Assembly: GCA_002633005.1 (NCBI GenBank)
Contig: NMRA01000681.1
Span: forward strand, 107,857-171,856
Origin: Phoronis australis
Taxonomy: Eukaryota > Animalia > Phoronida
Length of the DNA stretch: 64,000 bases
Direction: 5' to 3'
The position numbers and the translations under genes are program-made. The notes under the pieces are model-generated. The model saw only the letters and a list, made by a program, of their open reading frames with translations. It was not told where the DNA came from and did no database searches. Every line of letters begins with the position of its first letter. The first letter of the stretch is position 1. Positions 42,279 through 53,899 of this stretch are shown here, one piece after another.

Positions 42279-45200
42279 ATGGCCGTAGATCCTGCACAAG
42301 TGAATGTCACCGTCAATACTCAGGGAACAGATGATCATTACGACGACCATCCTGTGGTCCACCGACTGCCGGATGGACACCCCGACAAACCCCCGGTATC
42401 CAGAAGTGTTCTGATAGCTGTTGATGACTCGGAACTGGCCGAGAGAGCCATGAGATGTAAGCTGAATTTTAGCATGCTTTATAATTTTTGTTAGTACCTG
42501 TGCTTGTGATTTGTTAGAGGCTGTAAAGACAACTGAGGCGACTGATTTCGTGCGCAGGTTTACCTTGCGTCCTTGCGACTGCGGAATCCGACCTAACGAA
42601 AAAGTGCCAATGTCGTCTACCAGATTTAGGTTACCAGTGTGTAACGTGATACGTGTTCATGTACCTGGCGGTAGTTTTGTTGATCACAACTATTACAAAT
42701 GTCCCTAAAGTTTCCAAAATCGGATAACAACCTATAGTCTAATGTGAAGCGTTCTCGCTCACAAGTCGTAAACCAATTATAAATACCCCAGTTACCAAAA
42801 AGCCCAGCGGATCTACACGTCCCTTGGTCAATAAAACAGAAACGATGACATCATTTTTGGCTATTATTTAAGGCATTTCTCCGGAAAAAAAAATTATGTA
42901 ACTTTTCAGGGAGGATTTGATTTCAGAAGTCAAACCAGTTTTCGTCCACCATAGTTAAATTTATTCCAGCCAGTATTTTAGTGCCCTCAAGAATCATCGC
43001 CTTATACCATAATTGCCCTGCTCCACACAAAAGAAGCTAGATAAGTGTTCTTGATATTGGCTGAAGGATTGCTACTGCGACCTGTGTACAAATCTATTGA
43101 CAAAGTACACAATGCCGCGACACGGGCCAAGTTTTAATGTTGACAGCGGGTCATTCATTAGCTTAGCGCAATTTAAGTTTGCTAATCTTTCGTTTTGAAA
43201 AATACTTTGACACGGTGAATGACAAGGTCATTCAGAGCTACTTTTGAGCCGTGATCATGATGTCTAATAACAATCAAAGTTGAAAACTCGAGTTGTGTTC
43301 CTAGATCCCCATTAAATCCAACTTGTTTTGTGTGTTTCTCTTGTGATACGTTGGCGTCTTCTGCGATTCTCTCTCTGGTTCCGCTTACGTCTTTGCGGCT
43401 ACTAATTGCCACAGAATAACTGACAGCTCTTAAAAAAATAATTGACAAAGTATTGACTGCAAGAAAATTAAAAGCCACCGCTCCTGACTGTTGCTGCAGT
43501 GCATGTTGAAAGTATACTTCTAATTCTTGTAGTTATGATATCGTATTGTAGGGTATGTTGGCAACCTGCATAAACCGGAAAATTTTGTGATCGTCTTCAG
43601 CGTGGCAGATCCTCCAAATGTACAAGGAATAGTAGCCTTTGGTGGTAAGAGTGAAGATTTATAAGATTGTCTTTTTCATCATTGCTCAGATTTAATATTC
43701 GCATAATGACGATGAAACTGTGGAGATTAGTACAAGATCGAAAACGAGAACTCTTCAGCTTTGAATTTCTTCACTTTATTAAAATATTAAACCGAAAAAC
43801 CATTGATTTAAAATAACCGTATGCAAACACATCACTAATTGCTGTTGGTATTCATGCGAAAACTCTGTTCTCAAACTTGTTTCATTTGTTTTCTTATCAA
43901 AATCAGGTAACAAATGTAGTAGGAGTGGTGACAGGCCTGTAATAATAGTTGCCCTGTATAGTGTTAAGAATGAGCATCTCTTTTGTAATACATGATTCTG
44001 ATTTCATCTTAAGTAGTAGTTCAGCCCTTGTTTTATAATTCTGAAAATGTAGTTATCTTTTCTTAGTGAACTGCAGGGGGAACACTCTAAAACATACTGT
44101 AAATATTCTTTATTTTACGACATGATGTATTGGTGGTAAGTGGGAAGTATGGGTTGTCCAATTTAGCAACATAATACAAACGTGAAAGTTAAGTTTCATT
44201 GTTAACTAGGTTTGGACTATACTGCTGCCACCAAACAACAATGGGAAAATGATTAACATTATCAGGAACTCTGTGAGCCTCTCAAAATACAAACTCGTAC
44301 TTTTTCCAAAAAAATATTGCACGCAAAACACTGATATTTTGCGATGTGTTGTGAAAACAGTAGCATGAATATTTTGGAATGAAGTAACGTTTGTAATTGT
44401 TTGAATATTTTAAGCTCTCAGTCTGCTTTCCTATTTTGCGAGTGAGTAGTGCTGCATAATTAATTTCGAACTCGCAGTTTATTTTAAAAAAATGTGCATC
44501 TGTCGAATGCCAGGCCATTAATTTGTTACATTTTACTTCCTAGAATGCAGTGAGAAAGCTCTGCTCATTGCCCTAACTAACGTAATTTTCTCTTTGAAGC
44601 GCTCATGGTCAAACCCTTATAAACATGCGTTCCATCCACGAAGCGAACTTTTGATTTAGATCACTTATCACTATAAAGATGATCCCAGTTACTCCTTACA
44701 CAGGTAAGAAGTGATCTCTGGGTTTGAAAAGAACTAAGTTTTTCCGAAGCCCGGAAACAGTCTCCATTTTGACACTAAGAGACAGTTTGAGACAACTTTC
44801 ATATCGAAAAGTAGTCGAAATCAAAGGTTGGTTTTGTGATGGAAGGTGGGTTTATGGTTGATTTAAGCACCTTGGGCGGTAACCCGGACTAGTACGGTAC
44901 TTATTGCATGATGATTTGTTTTCTTAAATAGGAGTCGCAGGTACACCAGGTAAGGAAAATGCCACCCCTTTGCCAGATTAGGCCTTTGTGTGTGATTCAC
45001 GTGTAGTCTAAATCCGGCAATTTCCTGCTGTCTTTATCTCACATAACTGAATCATTTTTTTAACGCTGAATAAGATAACGAGGAAAGAAAATGCATTCCT
45101 AGTTTCTGTAATTTTCACCCTCAATTGCAAAGACGCAAAAGTTATTTTATTGAGCTTTTTTCAGGAAGAGCTTAGACATTGCCTGCTTACATCAAACAGC

Positions 45201-48200
45201 TTTTTCCGAAATGTATTGTATCATCGAATTTCGACAAGAAAGATGCCAACAACTGTGTGCACAAACCACCTCAAAGTCTTTGTCCCAAAGTAGAGGCCTG
45301 GAGTGCCTTATGAACCAACAACTATTTGCTTGAAAGTGATTTAGATGGTATTATGTTATTTTTTAGCTTCACCATTCAGATATATTGCCAGCGTAGCCAA
45401 CTCGTCTGAGGTTTTTCAACATGGTAAATGAATGTTGAATCTTGCGATTATTAGCATCTCGACCTGAATGTGGCTACCAAATTATGTTAAACCTTGTTTC
45501 GATATTGTTTTGTCTTGCTTTGTTTACTTTCCCCTTAAACAGCACGTGCACAGTGAATTCGTGCTTTCTTCTAGTTCTACATTAAACATTGGTCAAGTTT
45601 CTCGTTGTGTGGGTCATTGAAGCATTTTTCACGATGTACTGCGCACTATCTAACATAGCACGACTGTCAATATGTTCAGGAACTGAACTGTTGTAAATGT
45701 CCTAGAATCGTGACTGTGTAAGCCTAACTTAGTTTTCAAGCCCATTTCTTACAAGACGTTAAAGAGGCATGGAACGCGAAAACTCGTCAAAAATATATTT
45801 TAAACAATTCCTGACGAAATTGCAGCCCGACTGTCAACATGTTCAAGAACTGGGAATGTTGTAATTGTCCTGGAATCGTGACTGTGTAAGCCTAACTTAG
45901 TTGTCTGGCCCATTTCTTACGAGACTTTAAGGCACGGAACGCGAAACCTCGTCAAATATATCTTTCAAAGAATCCCTGATGAAATTGCCATCTCGCAACG
46001 TCTACTGCAGTGTTATTCACTTTCCCCAGTGCTGGTGTTTCCAGAAAGAAATCACAAAATTCACAATTTTTGAAATACGCACTAAGGAAAAACTCAGTAG
46101 TCAGCACAGAGTTTCTGATCTCCTTCCCACAGATGATAAGTGCGCACATGCGTTCAGTCATTCGACAAGCATCTAACTGACGATATTTTAAACGGCATAT
46201 TGTCCTGAGTGATCGCACTCCGAATCTGAGGTCGGCAAATCAGAATGAGGCAAGGATTTCGCAGAACAATTCTAAGTGCAATTTAGAATATATTTGAATA
46301 CATTTATAACTAGTTAAAACGCTTAGGACTTGCATCAATTGCCTCTTAATGGTATTGACTGCTATTTTGAAGTCACCATCGTTTTGTTTACATCCAAGGT
46401 CAAAGGTAACGTTTTCCATATAAGGGAAAGTGTGCTACGTGTATATCTTGCCATACCAAATAAGACAAAACACGTCTCCTTATTTGATATGACAAGACAT
46501 AGACAAAGCACATTCCCTATTATGGAAACTGTGACCCTTGACATTTGATATAAACAGTCCAACTGCCACTTCAAGCAGCAGCCCGATGAAGATGCAATTG
46601 ATGTTTAAAATTAGTTACGAAGGTATCGTAGTATTCGGAATTATCTTGCTTCACTGGCTTGCCTCACTGGCTTGCCTCATACTGTGGTGTCGACCTCACA
46701 TTCGGAGTGCGATCACACATCATAATCTGCCGTTAATATCCTCCTTGTCAGTCAGCTGTTTGTCGAATGACTGTGAACGCATGCGCGCATTTATCATAAG
46801 TGGGAGGTTGATTAGAAGCTCTGTGGTGACTACAGAGTTTTTCTTTCGTGCGTATTTCAAAAATCGTGAATTTTGTGATTTTTTTGTGGAAATTCCCTCA
46901 CAGGTGAAAGTGAATAACTCAGTTGTAGACGTTGCGTCAGGAATTGTTTAAAAGATATTTTTGGCGAGCTTCCGCGTTCCATGCCTCTTTAAAACTTGTC
47001 TTCAATAAGTTTTCACAACTCTGATGTTCGGCGTGCAATATTGTCGTCGTTTAGACTGAACTGTCTTCATTAACTTTTCACTACCCTGTGACTTGTTTCT
47101 AGAAGAGTCTCTTGGCTTTTCTTCAGTTTATTCATAAGTCACAAATCTGAGTGTGCCAAAAGTTGATTTTTTGTCTGTTACGATTTTCGAAACGTTGTGT
47201 CCTGTTTATTCGAGCAGACTATGGATTTCTGTCTTTTGTAGGCAGATTTTCTGACTTTCAGCCGTAGCTTGACCATCCTTAGACTGATTTTTATCCAAAA
47301 GTCAAAAGACAAAAGCCATTGGACTCTTCTATTGAGAAACAGGCCCTGGTGTTCCGCGGCAGTCTTCATAATTCGTAGTTTAGACAATACTGCCTTCATT
47401 AACTTTTCATTACCTTGGTGTTAAGCGTGAAGTGTTCATCAGTCGTGGTAGTTAGATAACTCGCTGTAGTATGTAACTAAGCCCCATATCAGCCGTTTAG
47501 ATGCTTGATGTTCTTTTGTGAGTGCAATGACCTTTCAAAATTTCAAATCAACCTATTTAATAATAATAATTTTAATCTGTTATTAATAAGTTCTTTAAAA
47601 ACTGTTACATGTTTGGTTACCGCTAATTAGCGTCAAGCTTTTATATCAGAATAAAGAAAGCAGTTACCTTCAAACAAGAGTATACCTGAAAATACGAAAT
47701 ACAGTGTTATGGATATGAGACATTGTGTAATGCAATGCAAGTATCGCATTTGCTTTTATTTATTTGACTGACATCCAGAGGCATGTTGTCAGCTCGAAAA
47801 AATAACGCAATCTGACAGCGCACAATTGTGATTATCGGAGTAAGATATAAATAAAGGGAGAGTGGGAAAACAAAAATATCGTATTTTCAGGTATCTTATA
47901 TATCTTTTTTGCATTCGATGCCAATACTTTATGCATTTTGTGTTTAAAGGCTATAACTTCCTTCCAAAAGTCAATAATTCGTGTTTTGGGTCAGTGTTTA
48001 ATGTTTAAAGGCAATTGCTTCCTTGTCTAAGATTAGTGTTTCACATTTCTTCATCAACCATGTATGTGTGTCTCATCAGGTTTTGCGCCTTCATCATTGC
48101 AATTGTGACATATTTAACATTAGTATTCATTACACTGGAAAAACCGCAATTCTCATATTCCTTAAGGGATTCAAACAAAGGCCGTAGCGTTGCTAGAACA

Positions 48201-51200
48201 CTGATACCATCATCTTGAAGCAACTCCATTTTCCCGTAACCACCTATTTTGATAAGAGCACATACCCCCCTCCCCGTCCTGTTCATCCCTACCATCATCG
48301 TCAGCAGTTTTACATCACAAATTCTTCAAACTTTCACTGGAAATACTTTAATAAAATTTTAGTTGTGTTGGACCAGAACTGCTCGTGGGCGCATACTCCG
48401 TTGAACCTTAAAGGAGAATGCCACCCGATTTAATTAGTCTTTTTTACCGTCTTAATCGGTCTATATCTACATCGCCTCTTATACGGTAGACCTTACCTTG
48501 CCGAGAGGTGTCGTGTTAACCTGTGGGGAAGGTGAGAAACGATGCAGCGACGTCAGTGGTTCGTCTGCAAAGTGAATGCCGCTATATTGCGGTGCATCGT
48601 TCCCGCTTGTCCGAACTATATGAAGAAAGCGGGTATGTCGTTTTTTTACTTCCTCGAGAGCCCGAAATGCTTAGGAAGTGGCTCGCGGTCCGTCTGCCGT
48701 CAGGTGTCAGGTAGCGCAACCGAACGTGCCGTTTTCGAGTAGAGCTACTCAATCTAAATTGAGACAAAATAGGTTGTTTTTTGGTGGCATTCTCCTTTAA
48801 CTCGACTGCTGACTAGATGGGTTCGCGCACTCACCCTTTGCCGGGCTGGGGGCGTGCACCCAATGGATGTGATACTTTGTAGCCTTCTCATTTTAGTGAT
48901 CAGATTGCGTCTATTACAAATAATAACTCTATTGTTGTTCTTGTGAGTATTGCTGACCTTAGTCTGCACCACAGCTTGTGTGGAACTCAATTGATCCCTA
49001 CATTTGGTTAAGTAAAATCGTAGTTAAGGGAATTGTAACGATCACGTTAGCTTCCTTGTAGCTATTTACGGTTTTGCGCTTTTTTTTTTGATAATGATAC
49101 AACGTATGCTTTTAAAGCTGGATTTGGCTTCCCTACGGACGACTGGGCGAATCTAATAGAAGAAAAGAAAAGAGAGTACCATGCCTTGCAGTTGAAATAT
49201 GCAAATTTGATGCGAACTCTGGGTGTAAGTAGGTCTCTATGTTTCCAAAACTGAAATTACTGTGTGTCATTGGTTGACAATGGAATGTTTGCAGGTTACT
49301 GGCAGTATGCTCCCTATCCGTTTTTGTATAACCCCTATACTCACACCACTTTTGGGTTATCCTCTCGAATAAACCGACCTGCTCAGGTGTATACCTATCC
49401 CTTATATACCAGACCATGCCAAATCATCCTATTTCGCTTGCACAAAGCTGCCTTGACAAGCAGATGCCGACAAGGGGCGTTCATCGAATTTGTGCTCGCA
49501 TGTACGATGTAAGCGCACCCTGCTATAATCTCATCCCGTTTGTGGAGCTCCCCCAATAGGACGTTACCGGATGAAGTGAGTGGAAGCATACATTATAGTG
49601 TCGTCGGCGTGTGTAATCCGTGGCCTTCCTATTACAAGCTCGTGCCTATACCACGGCAGATACAGTAGTTAAAGCGGCTATAAGCCCACATTCCGTCCAC
49701 GAAGCGAACTTTTGATTTAGCCACTTACCGCTGTGAAATTGGTCTCAGCCGTTCCTTACTGACAAGTAATGTCTGGGTTTCCAAAAAAATGGCTGTTCAT
49801 TATTCCATGAGCAGAGGCGGATCTACGGCGGGGGGTTCAGGGGGTTTTAACCGTCACCTGGGACAGGATCAAAAGTAAAAATTAAAAAAAAAACGTCGCC
49901 AGGAAAACNCGGGGCCCGAGCCACTGGCCGGGATAACAAGCGTTTTGTGCGTTTAGAACTAAAAAAATCACAAGTATTAACAAAACAGATCTAGGTTCTC
50001 TTGTCTGTATTCCAAGGAAGAAGAATATTTGAATTTATCTCTGAACAGACCCCAAACTCCCGGCTGCTACGGACCTTGGTAATTTGGCCTGCCGAACTTT
50101 GTAGGCTATGGTGTGTCCAAATACCAGTAAATGCGTAACAGCAAAATAAAACTACACGTTTTTATAAGAGCTCGGTGTATTTTTAAGGGTTTTACATCGA
50201 AGTTTGATGATTTATTGGTGTTAAACGATGAATTCAAGCAATAAGCCGACACCACTAACCCGTGTTTTGAACTGCTGAACAGACTGCGTGTGAAACCAAT
50301 TACGTCATTGGATAATTTCAACACCTCCATCTGCCGTCAGGTGTCAGGTAGCGCAACCGAACGTGCCGTTTTCGAGTAGAACTACTCAATCTAAATTGAG
50401 ACAAAATAGGTTGTTTTTTGGTGGCATTCTCCTTTAACTCGACTGCTGATTAGATGGGTTCGCGCAATCCCCTTTGCCGGGCTGGGGGCGTGCACCCAAT
50501 GGATGTGATACTTTGTAGCCTTCTGGCATTTTAGTGATCAGATTGCGTCTATTACAAATAATAACTCTATCGTTGTTCTTGTGAGTATTGCTGACCTTAG
50601 TCTGCACCACAGCTTGTGTGGAACTCAATTGATCAATACATTTGGTTAAGTAAAATCTTAGTTAAGGGAATTGTAACGATCACGTTAGCTTCCTTGTAGC
50701 TGGTTACGGTTTTGCGCTTTTTTTGATAATGATACAACGTATGCTTTTAAAGCTGGATTTGGCTTCCCTACGGACGACTGGGCGAATCTAATAGAAGAAA
50801 AGAAAAGAGAGTACCATGCCTTGCAGTTGAAATATGCAAATTTGATGCGAACTCTGGGTGTAAGTAGGTCTCTATGTTTCCAAAACTGAAATTACTGTGT
50901 CGTTGGTTGACAATGGAATGTTTGCAGGTTACTGGCAGTATGCTCCCTATCCGTTTTTGTATAACCCCTATACTCACACCACTTCTGGGTTATCCTCTCG
51001 AATTAACCGACCTTCTCAGGTGTAGTACCTATCCCTTATCTACCAGACCATGCCAAATCATCCTATTTCGCTTGCACAAAGCTGCCTTGACAAACAGACG
51101 CCGACAAGGGGCGTTCATCGAATTTGTGCTCGCATGTCCAATGTAAGCGCACCCTGATATAATCTCATCCCGTTTGTGTTACCGGATGAAGTGAGTGGAA

Positions 51201-52343
51201 GCATATATTATAGTGTCGTCGGCATGTGTAATCCGGGACCATCCTATTACAAGCTTGTGCCTATACCACGGCAGATACTGTAGTTAAAGCGGCTATAAGC
51301 CCACATTCCGTCTACGAAGCGAACTTTCGATTTAGCCACTTACCTTACTGACAAGTAATGTCTGGGTTTCCGAAAAAATGGCTGTTCATTATTCCATGAG
51401 CAGAGGCGGATCTACGGCGGGGGGGTTCAGGTGGTTTTAATCCCGCCACCTGGGACAGGATCAAAAATAAAAATTAAAAAAACGTCGCCAGGAAAACGAA
51501 ATCAGCTGCTAAACAAAAAAAATCTTACACGGGAGGGAGAAACCAGGGGCGAATCCAGGATTTTGAGTTGGGGAGCAGGGCAGAGTATAAGCCAGGATTT
51601 TTTCCGTCAGACGTTCGCACCCCCGAACTGCCAAATAGAATCTGGGAGAATTTTAGGGTTGTCATGGCCCCCCCNTTTTTCCGTCAGACGTTCGCACCCC
51701 CGAACTGCCAAATAGAATCTGGGAGAATTTTAGGGTTGCCAAGGCCCCCCTCTAAATCCGCCACTGGAAACCCCTCCCGACCCCCACCCCGCTCGGCGCT
51801 TCGCGCCTCGGATTCGCGCGAATCTTAAACGCCCCTTACTGAAAACGTAGATCTGCCACTGTTGAGACCATACTCGGCATATTCAGACGCGCGATGACAA
51901 AGCCAACTTGTAGAGCCTGGTCTCCAACAAAAGTGATAGACCTGTCAGTTCCGTTACGAAGACTTGAAATCACTTCCAGTTTGACTTACAAACTATGACG
52001 GTTAGTGGTGAAATCTCGTTAACTTGAAACAAAAATTAACCTGGCAATTCAAGCTTTCAAAAAGCACAATTTCTGTTGTTTAACTGGAGTATCCCGATTT
52101 TTTCTGTCACAGCTCCATGGCAAAGTGACCATATTCTGGTCTGATGGTGCTGGACATGGTATTGAAAACTATGTGAAAACCAATAACAGGAACAAAGACA
52201 GCGTACCTATCAGCCTCATAGTTATGGGCTCTCGTGGGCGCGGGAAGGTGCGACGCACGTTTATGGGCAGCGTGAGTAGCTACGTACTCCATCATACCCA
52301 CGTGCCTACGTTAATTGTACCTCCTCCAGTCAAGCACCACTAG
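42279..52343 (+). CDS. Universal stress protein family gene (USP-3); exons 42279-42456, 43552-43644, candidate microexon 44932-44949, exon 3 not found, 52113-52343
   Basis: Exon 1 ...SRSVLIAVDDSELAERAMR (donor gtaagc). Exon 2 WYVGNLHKPENFVIVFSVADPPNVQGIVAFG (93 nt, donor gtaaga). Last exon LHGKVTIFWSDGAGHGIENY...LIVMGSRGRGKVRRTFMGSVSSYVLHHTHVPTLIVPPPVKHH*. The phase 1-to-0 helical exon was not located. Confidence 0.8.
45763..46988. mobile_element. Foldback-like non-autonomous element with long TIRs and TTAA flanks
   Basis: ttaa|agaggcatggaacgcg ... cgcgttccatgcctct|ttaa. Arms ~45930-46230 and ~46690-46990 are inverted copies. A partial relative lies at ~61010-61320. Confidence 0.7.
48412..48796 (+). 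mobile_element. Kolobok-like non-autonomous element with THAP-domain remnant, TTAA TSD
   Basis: Perfect 14-bp TIR aggagaatgccacc/ggtggcattctcct flanked by TTAA. Internal frameshifted CIVPACPNYMKKAGMSFFYF / PREPEMLRKWL resembles a THAP zinc-finger N-terminus. Confidence 0.75.
48693..51497 (+). repeat. Direct duplication of ~1.2 kb (48693-49908 vs 50330-51497) associated with the N at 49909
   Basis: Near-identical sequence from tctgccgtcaggtgtcagg to cgtcgccaggaaaac, with small indels. Copy 1 ends at the N. Confidence 0.9.
51401..51861. mobile_element. Nested MITEs: outer 51401-51861, inner 51544-51766 (TSD GAAAC)
   Basis: Outer TIR cagaggcggatctacg/cgtagatctgccactg, with flanks ATGAG/TTGAG. 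Inner TIR caggggcgaatcc/aaatccgccactg with an exact GAAAC duplication. Confidence 0.75.
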
Positions 52344-52953
52344 CGGAGAAGCAAGGGAGATAATGTCCATGGGATACTTCAGGTGAAAATGTGAAAGAAT
52401 TTTCATCTTCAAGAGTAGTTATTTATTGTGCCAGTATTGAGTAATTTTTGTTGTAGAAATATGTTGATTAATATTGTTTTAACCTTCTTTTTAATTTCGT
52501 TAGCACAACTGTGACGTCATCTTGTGTTATAGTGTTATTATTTACAAACAAGGATGTGACCTGCAATAGCGTGTGTATTGAATGTAAATAAACTTTTTAT
52601 GAAGCCACTGTTCTCATCATGTTGTTATGAAGCCACTGTTCTCGTCATGTTGTTTTGAAGTTCACAATCGTGCACTCTCACTAATCTGTGAGTACTAATT
52701 GAAGTACCAACAGCACAGTTCTAATGATGAAGACTATCGACGTCGTCATGGGACTGAAGTGCGTGACGTCATTGATCTTGTAAGTAGCTTTAATTAATGG
52801 GTGATTGTCAGTAACTTTAAAAACATCTGATTTCGTTTCACGAGACTATATTTGTCATTCAAATTTATTTAGAATATGAAATATGTATTATTGTGTTTCC
52901 GTTTAGTATTTTACAGGTAGTTAGGGTATGGCCTTGAGTTATTTCTCATCAAC

Positions 52954-53196
52954 TAACACCTTCTCATTTGAAATGAGCTTTTCTCAAATAAATGAGCTTC
53001 GAAAACTGGACTTAAATTGAATACTTAATAAGGTATTGCCCAGACAATACCACACTTGCAAATTCAGTAATCGGTCTATCCTATATATATATATAGGATA
53101 GACCACTCAAACGATTGACGTCGGTGTTATGTCATTTAAGTCCTTTTTTGAAGCTAATTTATTTGAGAAAAACTCATTTCAAATGAGAAGGTGTTA
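52954..53196. mobile_element. Hairpin MITE with TA ends (Tc1/mariner-type) and a central perfect palindrome
   Basis: ta|acaccttctcatttgaaatgag ... ctcatttcaaatgagaaggtgt|ta, with arms of ~65 bp. A perfect 32-bp palindrome lies at 53073-53104. Confidence 0.75.
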
Positions 53197-53619
53197 ACTA
53201 CACTTTACAAATTTCAAAATGAAAAATTGTAATGTTGCTTTTTTGTTTCATTACAATTGATGAAAAAGTTCTATCTGACATTTTGCACCCATATAGCCTT
53301 ATATGTAAAATATGCTTAACAATTCATCTTTCCACTTTGCTATGTGCTGATGTTTATGTAACACCTGTTGTTTGGTTAATCATTGCAATCGAATGCAATG
53401 AAGATTTCTATCTGATGGAATACAACTTACCTTTTGCTCTATTATAAATTTCTGGTTGAAATATTTGTTCTTCAGTATTTTAGCAGAACATTGTCATAGG
53501 TTCTTTTGATGCTACAGTAAATCCTTTGTCCTCTCCCTTTGGCTTGCAGTGGTGAATGGTTTATGTAGCATGTAAAATGTCTTGACATACATTTCAAATG
53601 AAGAAATAGAAATGGCTAA

Positions 53620-53899
53620 TTAAAGGGATGCCAAACCCTGTTTTGTCCTATTAGCAGATACTAAAGCGAATTTTCCATCAAGCTCACTGAAACAAAATAA
53701 TGGTCTGCAACCCTCGGCAACCCTCGAAAGTTCGGAGGAAAATGTGAAAACTCCTTCGTGGGTACCAAGGACCATAATATCCAGTTTGTCAGATGGAGTA
53801 TGAGTTTTTATCTAATTCCTTGAAAGATTGACGCTAATGATGTATTAGGTGACAGAACGAGGGTTGGTTGAACGTCAAAACAGGGTTTAATGGCCTTAA
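53620..53899. mobile_element. Possible TTAA-type MITE
   Basis: ttaaagggatgccaaaccctgttttg versus caaaacagggtttaatggccttaa, an imperfect TIR. Confidence 0.45.

Noticed and set aside
45952-46951. Similar ORFs on opposite strands (88 aa and 137 aa)
   Set aside because: They are translations of the two arms of the foldback repeat.
52595-52660. 28-bp tandem duplication near the USP-3 poly(A) signal, and an ~81-bp duplication at ~56266-56408
   Set aside because: Simple two-copy local duplications with no evidence of function.
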